DNA of 64,000 nucleotides from Eledone cirrhosa. Lineage: Eukaryota. Positions 1 to 13,393 of the stretch are shown piece after piece (the stretch's first letter is position 1; every line of letters starts with the position of its first letter). Both the position numbers and the translations under genes were made by a program. The stretch is taken from NCBI GenBank assembly GCA_964016885.1, contig OZ024757.1, positions 23,622,001 to 23,686,000 of the forward strand. Reading direction: 5' to 3'. Below the pieces are notes generated by a model. It searched no databases. It worked only from the letters and a program-made list of their open reading frames with translations, and was not told the origin of the DNA.

Positions 1-730
1 ATCGGTAGAGGGTCGGACATGCTTTCTACCATAGTTACATCCCTTTACAGTCTGAGTTCAAATCCCGCCGAGGTTCACTTTGCCTTTCATTCTTACGGGG
101 GTCGATAAAATAAAGTACCAGTAATGCACTGGGTGATTGCCGGCCTTGTGCCAAAAGTAGAAACAGTTATTACAATTATTATATCTCAATGGGTGGTGAA
201 TTGGCAGTATCGGTAGAGGGTCGGACGTCATGCTTTCTCGCATAGTTACATCCCTTTACAGTCTGAGTTCAAATCCCGCCGAGGTTCACTTTGCCTTTCA
301 TTCTTACGGGGGTCGATAAAATAAAGTACCAGTAATACACTGGGTAATTTGCTGGCCTTGTGCCAAAAGTAGAAACAATTATTATTATTATTATTATTCT
401 GAATCCCGCCGAGGTTCACTTTGCCTTTCATTCTTACGGGGGTCGATGAAATAAAGTACCAGTAATACACTGGGTAATTGTTGGCCTTGTGCCAAAAGTA
501 GAAACAATTATTATTATTATATCTCAATGGGTGGTGAATTGGCAGTATCGGTAGAGGGTCGGACGTCATGCTTTCTCGCATAGTTACATCCCTTTACAGT
601 CTGAGTTCAAATCCCGCCGAGGTTCACTTTGCCTTTCATTCTTACGGGGGTCGATAAAATAAAGTACCAGTAATGCACTGGGTGATTGCCGGCCTTGTGC
701 CAAAAATAGAAACAATTATTATAATTATTA
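1..730 (+). mobile_element. Tandem head-to-tail copies of tRNA-type SINE-B (about 190 bp)
   Basis: A-box-like TGGCAGTATCGG, B-box GAGTTCAAATCC, core GCCTTTCATYCTTACGGGGTCGATAAAATAAAGTACC and an (ATT)n tail. Other copies at about 23232, 24430, 24940, 35535, 41120, 42280, 43845, 52400 and 59480. Confidence 0.85.
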
Positions 731-1064
731 CATCTCAATGCTTCATATTAACTAGACTACTTTATCAATAAGTTATTTTGAACACTTTCAAACATTATGG
801 AGAGTACAGGAAAACATTTATCAATTTTGGGGTTTTTCAATAATTTCAGTTTTAATGGCAAGGTAGCGTTTGTAAATCAATCTTGGGTGGTTCCTTCCTT
901 CATTTCTTTCCCTCCCTCCCCCTCTCTTCATTTCTTCCCTCCTTCCTTCCTTCCTTTTCTTTTCTCCTTCCCTCCCCTCTTTCTTTTCTTCTTCCTTTCC
1001 TTTCCTTCATTCCTTTCTTCCAATATCAACATGTCCAGTAATCCATTTCCAATACAACTCTGAT

Positions 1065-1150
<86 letters not shown>

Positions 1151-1344
1151 CTTACACTGTACTTACTTGTACTTGTACTGTTAGAATTCAGACTATATTT
1201 TAGTGGTAGTCTTCAAAGGAAACGATATATTAAATACAACTTAGGTAGGTAGCATCTGTTAGATATTGCAATATTGAATATTGCTCTTTCCACTATTTCT
1301 AGAAATAATTTTGGTCTTGGAAAGAAATATCAGTTCAATAATAA

Positions 1345-1399
<55 letters not shown>

Positions 1400-4300
1400 C
1401 ATCATCATCATTTCATTTTACGTCCGCTTTTTCCCTGCTTGCAAGGGTGGGACAGGAACTGATTCTGGCTTCATTTCTACAGCTGGATGCCCTTCCTAAC
1501 ACCAACCTCATTTACAGTGAGTGCTGGGTGCTTTTTTGCCGTGGCACCTCCACGACCACTTTGCAGTGGAATGATCGGGACCCCAGTCCCTATCATCTCA
1601 TTTCTACAGCTGAGTAAACTGAAATAAAGTGTCTTGCTCAAGGAAACAACACATCACCCGGTCTGAGAATTGAACTCACAACCTTTTGATTGCAAGGCCA
1701 ATGCTCTAACCACATATATACACTATATCAACTATATACACTATATCAACTATACACTATATATACACTATATCAACTATATACACTATATCAACTATAC
1801 ACTATATATACACTATCACAACTATATACACTATATATACACTATATCAACTATATACACTATATCAACTATATACACTATGTATAAACTATATCAACTA
1901 TACCCTCTATATATACACGATATCAGCTATGTACACTCACTATATACACTATATCAGCTATGTACACTCACTATATACATTATATAAGCTATATATACAC
2001 TTTATACTCTATGTATACTCTCTATATACACTGCATATGATGTTGTCCAAAGGAAAGACCAACACAGCTTGACACCAGTGACATCAAAACTTGTTTTTTC
2101 CAACTGAGTGGACTGGAGCAACATGAAATAAAGTGTCTTGCTCAAGGACACAATGTGGTGCCTAATCAGGGTATTGAATTCATGACCCAGCACTCTAACC
2201 ACAAAGCTATGTACCTTCACTTCACGATGAACAACTAATACTAAGCATAAAATTATCATCATTATTATTTAACCAGTAATACACTGGGTAATTTGCTGGC
2301 CTTGTGCCTAAAGTAGAAACAATTATTATTTAACATCCACTTTCCTTGCTAGCAAGAATTAGACGGGTTTTCACACATTGAGTCTGTACAGAAGTAAGGC
2401 CACTGACCTCACAGACAGACTGGAGATTCACATCCTGCTTACATATGGTTCTGCATTTTGCCAAGTGCATTCTATCATGGCACCAGCACCAGAGAGGTTG
2501 TCATGTCTCCAACACAACTGAGGGGGTTCTCCCAAGCCCTCCACGACTGGATGTCCTTCCTAACACCACCCACCTTACAGCATGTACTGGGTGTATTTAT
2601 CATATAGATTACCAGCACTATAGAGGTTGTCATGTCCTTGACAAACAAAGGGTACTTATAACCCTTTGTTTGGCAAGCTTTCTATGGCTGCCTGTCTTTC
2701 TTAGAACCAACCACTTTACAGAGTACATTAGGTGTGTTTATCATATAGATCACCAACACCAGAGAGTTTGTGATGTTTCCAACACAACTGGAAGGTTTTC
2801 CCAAACCCTTTGTTTGGCAAACTCTCTATGGCTGGACACCCTTCCTAACACCACCCACCTTACAGCATGTACTGGGTGTATTTATCATATAGATTACCAG
2901 CACTATAGAGGTTGTCATGTCCTTGACAAACAAAGGGTTCTTATAACCCTTTGTTTGGCAAACTCTCTATGGCTGGACATCCTTCCTAACACCAACCACC
3001 TTACAGCCAATACTGCATGCTTTTATTGTGTATTTACAATATTTAAATCCCAGTGGAAGGAAGTTGCAGTAGGAGGAGACCAATGAAGACCTGGGCAGAG
3101 GTGGTGAGAGCTGATCTGAAGTTGCTGAGATTCAAAGAGGAGATGACGAAGGAACTCAGCATGTGGTGAGTTACTGTGCTAAAAAGTACTCATCCAACCC
3201 ATGCAAGCATGGAAAAGCAGGCATAAAATCTATGATTTGCAAAAAACTTAGCAGCTCAAAAGAAAAAAAATCATAGAAATCAGATTTACAAAAACATTCA
3301 AATTATTACCTTTCCATATATATTTTACTACCGTCTTATATATTGTATATCATTTTCTTATCAATATTTCATTGTCTTCTTATCTATATCTCATTACTTT
3401 GCTCATCTTCCATATCATTCATTTAACAAACGGGAGAAAAAAATGTTGTTCAAAAGAAGCTGGGGTTTGTGAGTATATTTAGTTCATTCAAAGATAAGCC
3501 ACGTTATAGTTTCTGAGGATAAAATATTGCAATAATTTACTTAGCTATGATATGTAGACAGTTAAAAGAAAACTATATTTTAACCATTCCTTCTTTTCAA
3601 AAGATTGCTGTTGTAATAACATTAATAAAAACCATTTGATCAAATATTGTTCAGAAACTGAACAAATATTTGTAGTAAGCTGTAATATTTTCCAAAAGAT
3701 CTTCTGCAAATCTGAATACATAACGAGAACATTGCACTAATATTCTGTGTAGGTTGAAGGCTCTTTTACTTCTTCAGAGGAAAGAAAACAGCAAAATCAA
3801 GAAAATGGATGAGAATCAAAGCTGATACATTAAATTAAATTAAATAACGAGTGGTATGATTCAGACAGAGTTATCAATTTGTAATATGAGTAATGTTAGT
3901 ATAGCAGCACGAGATATGAAACTGCCTATTAAGTGGCAACAACATTGCTTACACACTGAGGAAGGTGGTGCAATGTTTGATGAAAATATCTGCTAGAAAA
4001 GAATATTATAACTCCACAATAAAACACACAGATCTCTCTATTTCTCTCTATATACATATATATATATATATAAATATAAATTAGCGAGAATCGTATTTCG
4101 GCTTAGGAATTAACGAAAAACAACTTCCGAGATGTGTGGCAAGCGCTCAATGATTCAGATGAACCAGAGCTACAACATACGTTAAAGGCCAAACACACTG
4201 AGACGATGGTTAAACAATCATCCGCACAACCATAAAAACGACCAAGTAATTCTGGTCAAACAAATAAAAATATATGTGATTGAAAATTATATATATAAAA

Positions 4301-4814
4301 AAAAATAAAAGGATCGATCGACTTTCATCAAATCGGACCGAGGAAACAATGTTTCCATCGGTCTTTCCAGTTGCTAATACTATCTATCGGTCGCAACTCC
4401 AGGTAGAAGGAGCAACGTGAAATAAAGTGTCTTGCTCAAGGACATAACGCATCGCCCGGTCCAGGAATCGAACTCATATATACCATATATATACAAGCTG
4501 AAGCATATGTAGAGTATGCCCCATCCCACAGCCCACACTGTAAAGTGGATGTGTAAAAGACACGCAAAAAGCAGCCAGGCCACAGTGTCAATGTGGTTGG
4601 CATTAGGAAGGGTATCCAGCCGTAGAAAACCAGCCAGAAATACCCCTATATGGGCGAGACATGGTCACCCGACCCAACTTGCCTCTAAGTGGGACCTGAC
4701 TAACCCATGCTAGCGTGGAAGATGGATGTTAATCGATGATGATGAGGATACATATATATATATATATATATACGATATTAATAAATGGAAACTATATTTA
4801 TAAAACCATATTTA

Positions 4815-4875
4815 TTTCATTATACATATTTCAGGGATAACAAATTAAATTATGGTATGCTTTCATCAGACAAAA
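4815..4875 (-). ncRNA. Decayed hammerhead ribozyme
   Basis: Minus strand: TTTTGT CTGATGA ...TTGTTATCCCT GAAA TATGTATA ATGAAA; helix II has several mismatches. Confidence 0.55.
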
Positions 4876-5183
4876 TACAATATATAACAGTTTTACAAAT
4901 AAGCTTTGACGTACCCTATTAAAATGCAACCATTATTTTTGGAAGCCAATATATATATATATACACACACACACATATCTTATGTATGTGTACAATCCTA
5001 TCAAAAAAGAGAGAGTAGAGATTAGTTTGTGAGAATTAAATGCCAGTAGCAAGGAGGGCAGTGTGCTCAATGCATATAGGATGCAAGAGAAGCATTTAGA
5101 GAGAGTAAAACAAATATAAGCCAAGCATTAAATATATAGGCAGAGCTTAAATATCAAAGTTATAGTTTAATATCTATGCTCTA

Positions 5184-5235
<52 letters not shown>

Positions 5236-5382
5236 GGGCTGGTTTAGGTTATTTGTTGGAGATTTCTTCATAGAAGCCTTATTCTTATAGCCTGGCCTAT
5301 TCGATTTTTTATATGGTTAATTATGCTAATTGGGAGAGGAAATGGTATATATTTTATCTGGTGATTCTATAGACATGTTTTA

Positions 5383-5418
<36 letters not shown>

Positions 5419-5420
5419 AA

Positions 5421-5469
5421 GCTTCTACAGGACTAGAACTGTTTATTTCGTGAGAAATCATCAGGAAGC
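5421..5469 (-). ncRNA. Hammerhead ribozyme with a G12-to-U core mutation
   Basis: Minus strand: GCTTC CTGATGA TTTC-tcac-GAAA TAAA CAG-ttctagtc-CTG TA GAAGC. All three helices pair; the core GAAA reads TAAA. Confidence 0.7.
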
Positions 5470-5597
5470 TCAGGGGCTTCCTGATGAAGCTTTTCTATAT
5501 TAAAACATTTATACTCTGCTATGTATTGAGTACCTTACTTACTGTGGTTATCCCCGATTCAACCCGGAATGACATATATATATATATGTATATATGT

Positions 5598-6180
5598 ATC
5601 ATCATCATCATCATCATCGTTTAACGTCCCTGTTCCACGCTTGCATGGGTTTGGACGGGGGTAGTCCCACTTGAGGCAAGAGTGGTTGTCTTGCTCGCAT
5701 AGGACTGTCTGGCGGGTTTTCTACGGCTGGATGCTCTTCCTAACACCAACCACATTTACAGTGTGGGGCTGGGAGGTTTTTACCGTGTTGCCTACACGGC
5801 CACATTTACAGCGTGGACTGTCTGGCGGGTTTTCTACAGCTGGATGCCCTTCCTAACACCAACCACATTTACAGTGTGGGGCTGGGAGGTTTTTACCGTG
5901 TTGCCTACACGGCCACATTACAGCATGGACTGTCTGGCGGGTTTTCTACAGCTGGATGCCCTTCCTAACACCAACCACATTTACAGTGTGGGGCTGGGAG
6001 GTTTTTACCGTGTTGCCTACACGGCCACATTACAGCGTGGACTGATATATATATATATACACACAGTCCTATACGAGTGAGACACGGTCACATGACCAAT
6101 TTTGCCTCAAATGGGACAATTCCCGTCTAACCCGTGCTAGTGTGGAAGATAGACATTAAACAATGATGATGATGATGGCA
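5598..6180 (-). mobile_element. SINE-A-related subfamily with a triplicated internal segment of about 115 bp
   Basis: Near-identical sequence at 22683-22885, 28450-28710 and 32640-32990 (opposite strand). Confidence 0.7.
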
Positions 6181-6809
6181 TATCTGTGTATAACTATAGT
6201 TATGGGTTGTTTGTCAGTTAAAGCACTTAATGCTGTTACGAGGTTCCATCTCATTGGTGTTTGAATGTGTTCTGTGCTTATGAAAGCATATCTGAGGAGA
6301 TATCAGAGTAGTGTTGGGCCCCAACCATTATGATCAATATCAAAACAATTGTCATATGCAATAAAGTTCATTTATGGTACTTTTTTTTATCAACCTCAAA
6401 ATGATGAAAGGCAAAGCAATCTATCCGACATTCGAAATAACTCTGCCAAAACACCATCTATGATATAATACATATTCTGAAATTAAATCTTAGAATTATT
6501 TTGAATTAGAGCACCTACCCAGAATGTTTGTAAGCCAAACTAACCCCCTCTTCCAAGCACTAAAGCTACAGCAGAAAGCTGGGATGAATACCCAAAAGCA
6601 TTCTAATCCGAAGTTCTAATGACTGCCAATTCACTGCCAGTTTTAGTATAATTAATGAACATAAATTAAGTTTAGGATACTGGAGAGAAAAGCCTGATGC
6701 TAACAATAAGTAAGGCATACAGTGGTATATCTGATTTAGAGGCTTATTCTGTCTATGAGAAAATCCCTATTTTTTTCTCCCACATTATATATTGAAGACA
6801 ATAACCATT

Positions 6810-6859
<50 letters not shown>

Positions 6860-7014
6860 CTCATATACACATATATATACATATGTACATATATATACAC
6901 ACACATATATATACTCATATACACATATATATACATGTGTACATATATATACACACACACACATATATATATATATACTCATATACACATATATATACAT
7001 ATGTACATATATAT

Positions 7015-7049
<35 letters not shown>

Positions 7050-7717
7050 CTCATATACTTATATACACACATATATATACATATGTACATATATATAGAT
7101 ATATAGATAGATAGATAGATACACATACATACATATATACATACATCCTCTGTTAGAATACAATAGCTGTTGTTCCTACATTTGGAATGTAATAATTAGA
7201 CCTAATTTTATTTCAACAGCAACAGTATCTCATTGATGGTGTTGGTGTTGGTGGTGGTGGTGGTGGTGGTGGTGGTGGTGTTGGTGGTGGTGTTGGTGGT
7301 GGTTGGGGCTATTCTTATGAATAGTGACAACTGAATCAATTCTACAGAAATGGGATGACTGTATACCTACCAAATCTTTGCGTATTAACTGAAGCAAATG
7401 TTTTATAGCGAGAAACTATTTTCACTGCTGACAACAATTGTATTAAGGAGGTTGTGAGTGTGTAGGAGTAAGGAGATAAAAAAAAAAAAGCATGACTGTT
7501 GTTGATGTAATAGATGTAACAGCCAATTATTGCAAACCAATTTACCTATGTAAAGCAATTGATATTGTAAAGGCAAACTAAACATACACGTGTGTGAAGT
7601 CACAAGCATAAACTGTAGGGACTCAGTTAAATATTTTCTTCCAATATATATATGTGTGTGTGTGTGTGTGTGAGTGTGTGTGCGTATATATATATATATA
7701 TATATGAGGCATATATT

Positions 7718-8063
7718 GGAGGCACATGGCTTAGTGGTTAGAGCATTGGCCTTGCAATCGAAAGGTTGTGAGTTCAATTCTCAGACCGGGTGATGTGTTG
7801 TTTCCTTGAGCAAGCCACTTTATTTCACATTGCTCCAGTGTACTCAGCTGTAGAAATGAGATGATAGGGACTGGGGTCCCTAACATTCCACTGTAAAGTG
7901 GACGTGTAGGTGCGACGGCAAAAAAGCACCCAGCACTCACTGTAAGTGAGGTTGGTGTTAGGAAGGGCATCCAGCTGTAGAAATCAAGCCAGAATCAGTT
8001 CCCGTCCCACCCTTGCAAGCAGGGAAAAGCAGACGTAAAATGATGATGATGATGATGATGATG
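7718..8063 (+). mobile_element. tRNA-derived SINE-A with an RTE-like 3' tail
   Basis: Head GGAGGCACATGGCTTAGTGGTTAGAGC...GAGTTCAATTC; tail CCCACCCTTGCAAGCAGGGAAAAG...(GAT)n. Other copies at 1398-1712(-), 29840-30180(+), 31981-32363(-), 36400-36712(-) and 42603-43180(-). Confidence 0.85.
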
Positions 8064-8448
8064 ATATATATATATATATATATATACATATATAGTTTAT
8101 GTTTACTTTGCCTTTGCTTGGCACCACAATCAGGATTATACCTATCTCTATACCCACTCTGTATTTCACCATGCATTGAGTACTCCCATGATTTATGGTG
8201 TCTTCGGTCTTAGCACCACATGGCTTAATGGTTAGAGAGTTGGATTCACACTCATGAGGGTTGTGAGTCCGAATCCCAGACCAGCTGATGCATTATGTCC
8301 TTGAGCAAGACACTATATTCCATGTTGCTCTTCCTGCCAGGAGTGGCAACCAGTAGATAGTATCAGTAATGCAAAGACCAATGGAAACATTGCTTCCTCG
8401 GTTCCATTTCATGAGTACCACAAATGAGGTTTGGGATCTTGTCAATAA

Positions 8449-8488
<40 letters not shown>

Positions 8489-8495
8489 ACACACA

Positions 8496-8550
<55 letters not shown>

Positions 8551-9031
8551 TGGAAGAAAATATTTAACTGAGTCCCTACAGTTTATGCTTGTGACTTCAC
8601 ACACGTGTATGTTTAGTTTGCCTTTACAATATCAATTGCTTTACATAGGTAAATTGGTTTGCAATAATTGGCTGTTACATCTATTACATCAACAACAGTC
8701 ATGCTTTTTTTTTTTTTATCTCCTTACTCCTACACACTCACAACCTCCTTAATACAATTGTTGTCAGCAGTGAAAATAGTTTCTCGCTATAAAACATTTG
8801 CTTCAGTTAATACGCAAAGATTTGGTAGGCATACAGTCATCCCATTTCTGTAGAATTGATTCAGTTGTCACTATTCATAAGAACCCCAACCACCACCAAC
8901 ACCACCACCACCAATATATATATATATAGGAAAGAGTCCTGACTCTTTTCCTATTGCCCACTCTACTACCCTAAGTATTGAGTACTCTGATGCGTTATGG
9001 TCCACCTGGCTCCTTACAACACTTCCTTCGT

Positions 9032-9062
<31 letters not shown>

Positions 9063-9072
9063 AAAACATAAC

Positions 9073-9146
9073 TATTTCATCTGATGAACGAGCCAGACAT
9101 TTCTGTAAGGATCATCTAGTTTCCTGAAACCTTTGGTAATGGAATA
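9073..9146 (+). ncRNA. Type I hammerhead ribozyme (same family as 62002), helix II partly decayed
   Basis: TATTTCAT CTGATGA ... GAAA CCTTTGGTA ATGGAATA; 8-bp helix I. Confidence 0.7.
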
Positions 9147-9598
9147 ATTACATTGTGTTGTTTATTATGTAATTAAATATATATAAATATATATATATAT
9201 ACACACACACACATACACACATATATAAACTTTTAAAAAATCAATTAAGAGAGGACAAGACAATTAATGGAAACAAGGCAAAATGAAAAACAATTTTTTA
9301 AGGGGAAACCTTAAAAAAGTATTTTTTTAAAATAAAAATACAAACGAAGGAGGCAGGACTCCATGGTCATCAGCCATTGAGATGGACTTGGGCAGTTTCG
9401 TCCCCTACCAAAAGTACTGCTGGTCCACCTGTGGTCATAGCTTATGACATATCTCCATGGTCATCAGCCATTGAGATGGACTTGGGCAGTTTCGTCCCCT
9501 ACCAAAAGTACTGCTGGTCCACCTGTGGTCATAGCTTATGACATAAGCCAAACACTGTCCAGTGGAATAAGAGACGAGAGACAAAACATATGTATATA

Positions 9599-9676
9599 CA
9601 GGGTGTCCCCAAAAGGTGTACACACACTTCGACAGCATTCTAATAAATATATGTATACATTTGTGGGGGACATCCT
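9599..9676. mobile_element. Tiny Tc1/mariner-type MITE (TIR pair only)
   Basis: TA|CAGGGTGTCCCCAAAAGGTGTACACA versus TGTATACATTTGTGGGGACATCCT. Confidence 0.6.
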
Positions 9677-9883
9677 ATCTATACGTATACAGGCCTGGTT
9701 GAGTTAAGTAGTTCGTCTCAGAACTAGTTGGGACTGGATTACGTCCTATTGTGCCATACCTTGGGCAAGAATCTTCTTGATTGATGCCATGTAAGTGGAA
9801 TTTAGTAGATAGAAACTGCAGAACCCTGTCATGTGTGTGTGTGTGTGTGGGTATGTGTGTGTGTATCATCATCATGTTTAATA

Positions 9884-10086
9884 CAGGCATGGCAAACATG
9901 TAGCACTTTACAAGCACACCTGCAGCCCGCACAAAGGTTTTTACAGCGCAACCATGTTTTATCTTCATAATATAACATTTTAAAAAATTAGTTGTAATGT
10001 GCACAAATAGTTGTCATGTGTGGCCCTCAAACAACACATATGTAACCCATGTGGCTCCTCGGGAAACCCTCAGTTTGACATGCCTG
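9884..10086. mobile_element. hAT-like MITE with an 8-bp TSD
   Basis: TIRs CAGGCATGGCAAAC / GTTTGACATGCCTG; flanks GTTTAATA / GTTTAATG. Inserted in a SINE tail. Confidence 0.8.
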
Positions 10087-10653
10087 GTTTAATGTCCATT
10101 TTCCATGCTAGCATGTGTTAGACAGGTCCTCCCATTTGAGTTAAGTTCTGTCAGGTGACCGTGTCTTACTCATATAGGACTGCTTCTGGCAAGGTTTCTA
10201 CAGCTGGGTGCCCTTCCTAACACCAACCACATTTACAGAATATATTGTGTATACATAGCCGATCTTTTGGATTTTTATGAAGTGCTGAGGGGATAAAGTT
10301 AATATAAATAGTAGTGTGCTCATGTGCAGGGTGATGACCCTTAAAGATGGAGAAATATGTTGATGCTGATGCCAACTTTTTCTGTCTTTAAGGGTTGATA
10401 AGTTGATAAGCTCTCTGCAGTGTGGAATCTTCACGTTTTATGGTCAAACATTCTCTTATTTGAGTTTGTCCAGGTGTTATAGTTATAAAATGTTGGTTTG
10501 TACATTTCAATTTATTCTTTTAATTGATATGTATTCTTCATTCCTTTCATAGACTTTATGGTTTTCCCTCTGGTGGTATTCTATCCCCTATAATTGAACA
10601 CATACCTCTTTGTCCATTTTTCTCTATATATTGTCTTATAAAGAGCCTGGATT

Positions 10654-11304
10654 CTATTCTGCCAAGACCAGAAGATCAACTCCCAGAACAACAGGTGGCT
10701 CGCTGTCTCATCCAAAGACGTGCCCAGAGTCATGCAGACAAAGTTTCCAGCGACAACATTGGTCTTAGGTGTCGTCAGCAGTCAAGGTGACGTCATGCCA
10801 CCTCACTTCTTCCCTGAGGGCCTCAAGCTGAACACTGATGGCTACATCTGCGTTCTGAGTGAGGTAGTAAAGCCCTGGATCGACCAGGTAGCTGCAGGTA
10901 GGCCATACGTGTGGCAGCAAGACTCAGCGCCCTGCCATACCAGCCGAAAGACCCAAGCCTGGCTGTCAGAGAACTTCGTCGACCACACTTCACCTGACAT
11001 CTGGCCTCCCAGCTCACCTGACTGCAACCCCCTCGACTTCTTTGTGTGGGGTGCAGTGGAATGAGACACCAACAGATCTAGCTGTAATACGAAAGTCGGG
11101 GGAGAGTGACAAAGGCCTGTAGCCGGTTCCGAGGCCGCCTTGAGGCCGTCATCAAAGCCAATGGCAGGTTTATCGAGTGAGATCGAAAGAACAAGTCATG
11201 AAGACAAACTGACCCAAGTTTGATAAATAAATCTTAAAAAATAAAACTACTGTCTTATTTTTTCCTAGACAGTAATCTTGCAAACAAATATTGTCCACAC
11301 CCTG
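10654..11304 (+). mobile_element. Tc1/mariner DD37D (maT) transposase relic, 3' half with right TIR
   Basis: QQDSAPCH...WPPSSPDCNPLDF, with 37 residues between the 2nd and 3rd Asp. In-frame TGA after GAVE. Ends CACCCTG|TA. Confidence 0.9.
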
Positions 11305-12375
11305 TATATATATATTACATGCATGTGCATATGTGTGTCTAAATTTAAAAACAGTTATAGATGGAGATATATATAAATGTACAAACACATACATGGCAGG
11401 CATAACATGGCTGACACTACAAACAGAAAAATTTGACATTGTGTGTGTGTGTATCTGTGTTTGTGCGTGAATGTGTGTCTGTATGTGTGTGTATGTCTGT
11501 GTGTGTGTCTGTGTGTGTGTCTGTATGTTAAAAGCAGTTATTGGTTTTGACAAGCAAGTTGAGGTTTAGGTGTAAATAAGTCTGTTGTAAATAAAAAAAA
11601 ACTAACCAAGAGACTAACCAGCTATATAGTTTGACAACAAATATCTCAGCTAAATCATAAACAATAAATCTTATTTTAAAATAAAAAATAAAGACTAAAA
11701 AATGAACGAAAATGTAAAACAAATGAAAGTTATTAAAATGTCAGTTATACTTAATCCATAGATAGAATTTTGAAAGATTCAAAATGTTTGTTTTGGGTAA
11801 TTTTTGTATTGAAGGCATGTGGTTTAGGTGTTGAACTTACCATTATAATTTGATTCCTCGGTCAATTTGCAAAGCTCTTAATTTTACATTGCATCAATAG
11901 TCTCATTGGAAAATGATTATCAGCAGTAGCTGGGAGTTAACCCTGCGATGGACTGGCATCTTGTCCAGGGAAGAGAGCCTTCTACTCTGTCACTTAACAC
12001 CAATAAAAACCAGGATAAGCACCAGCCTGATGGGCCCCTGGGCTTGAGAGAGACTTTAACCCTACAATGAACTGGCCTTCTGTCCAAGGGGCAGGGCTGG
12101 ACTTTCACCTTCTGACGCTCTAAGCTATATGAAATTTGAGGCCCTTCTCTAAAAAATTTCAGGCCAAAAATGTTAAAGAATTATACACTATCATTATTTA
12201 TATTAATATTATGGCACAGTTGAAGAGTCCTTCTGACTCTACTTGGTAAGTTTTCTGTAGCTGAATGCTCATTCTATCATCAACCACTTTACAGAGGTTA
12301 CAGGTTTGTTGCTTATTGTGCAGATCACTAACATTATTTTTAAATATTTTCTGCTAAATCATTACTGGATATTAA

Positions 12376-12615
12376 CCCTTTAGCATTTCCAATACTTACT
12401 ATTATATTCCAATACTTCCAATATTTACTATTATATTTTCATAGTAAAGGCTTTACCTCACATAATTATCTCACATAATATCAAATTTATGAGATTTTGA
12501 TATTTATATTGAGAACAATACCTTAACATCAGTTTGAGTGGCCGGTTACAGCCGGTTTGAACAGAAAGAGGTGAGAGAAATCTGGTCGGATATGGCCGGT
12601 TTAAATGCTAATGGG
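12376..12615 (+). mobile_element. piggyBac-like MITE, short copy
   Basis: TTAA-CCCTTTAGCATTT start and degenerate AAATGCTAATGGG end. Carries one copy of the segment amplified in the 73-bp satellite. Confidence 0.7.
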
Positions 12616-13345
12616 TAAAGACATAATATTGCAAATTATCACAACAATCTGTGTACTAGTAAAGATACTATTAACGTTTTAACTAATCTGGTTTTAGATA
12701 TGTTATGCTAAATCCTTACAGGATGTTTAAAGATAATACTGTAATTTTTCACAACAATCTTTCTACTGGTAAAGATACTATAAACATTTGAATTAACAAA
12801 CCTGTTTTTAGATATTTTCTGCTGAATCACTACAGGATATTAAGAGTTAAATAAAACCATTATCATACTAATGAATTATTATATTTCAAGTGAAGCATGG
12901 AAGTGGCTGCTAGTTAAAACTAGCTATGTATACTATAAATAAATTATTGCAACAAATAGTATGTAATAATTGATATTAAAGACACTGTATCGATTGAAAA
13001 CATATCATATGTTATGTATGGCTGGCTAAATATATTTCAATAGTTCTTTACAACTGTGTGGAGAGATGTGTAATAATAGGCAAGCAATGATACATATGTG
13101 AAGGTGTGAGACCTAGTAGTAAGTGTGTTTGACTTACAATCATAATATCATGGGTTTGATTCCTGTGTGAGTAAAACACTTTATTTTTTGTTGCTCCAAA
13201 TGAGTACCAGCAATAGCTGGGGTTTTAACCCTGTGATAGACTGGCATCTTGTCCAGGGGAGGTCTTGTACTCTCAGCCTCTTAACACCACAGAAACTGGG
13301 ATAAGCACAGGCCTGATGAATCTTCCGGTTCGAGACAGACTTATG

Positions 13346-13393
<48 letters not shown>

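Noticed and set aside
3430-3812. Possible exons GEKNVVQKKLGF and VEGSFTSSEERKQQNQENG-stop
   Set aside because: The donor and second acceptor look plausible, but the first acceptor is poor and the peptide is unrecognisable.
7718-7790. tRNA gene
   Set aside because: A and B boxes are present but there is no acceptor stem; it is the head of a multi-copy SINE.
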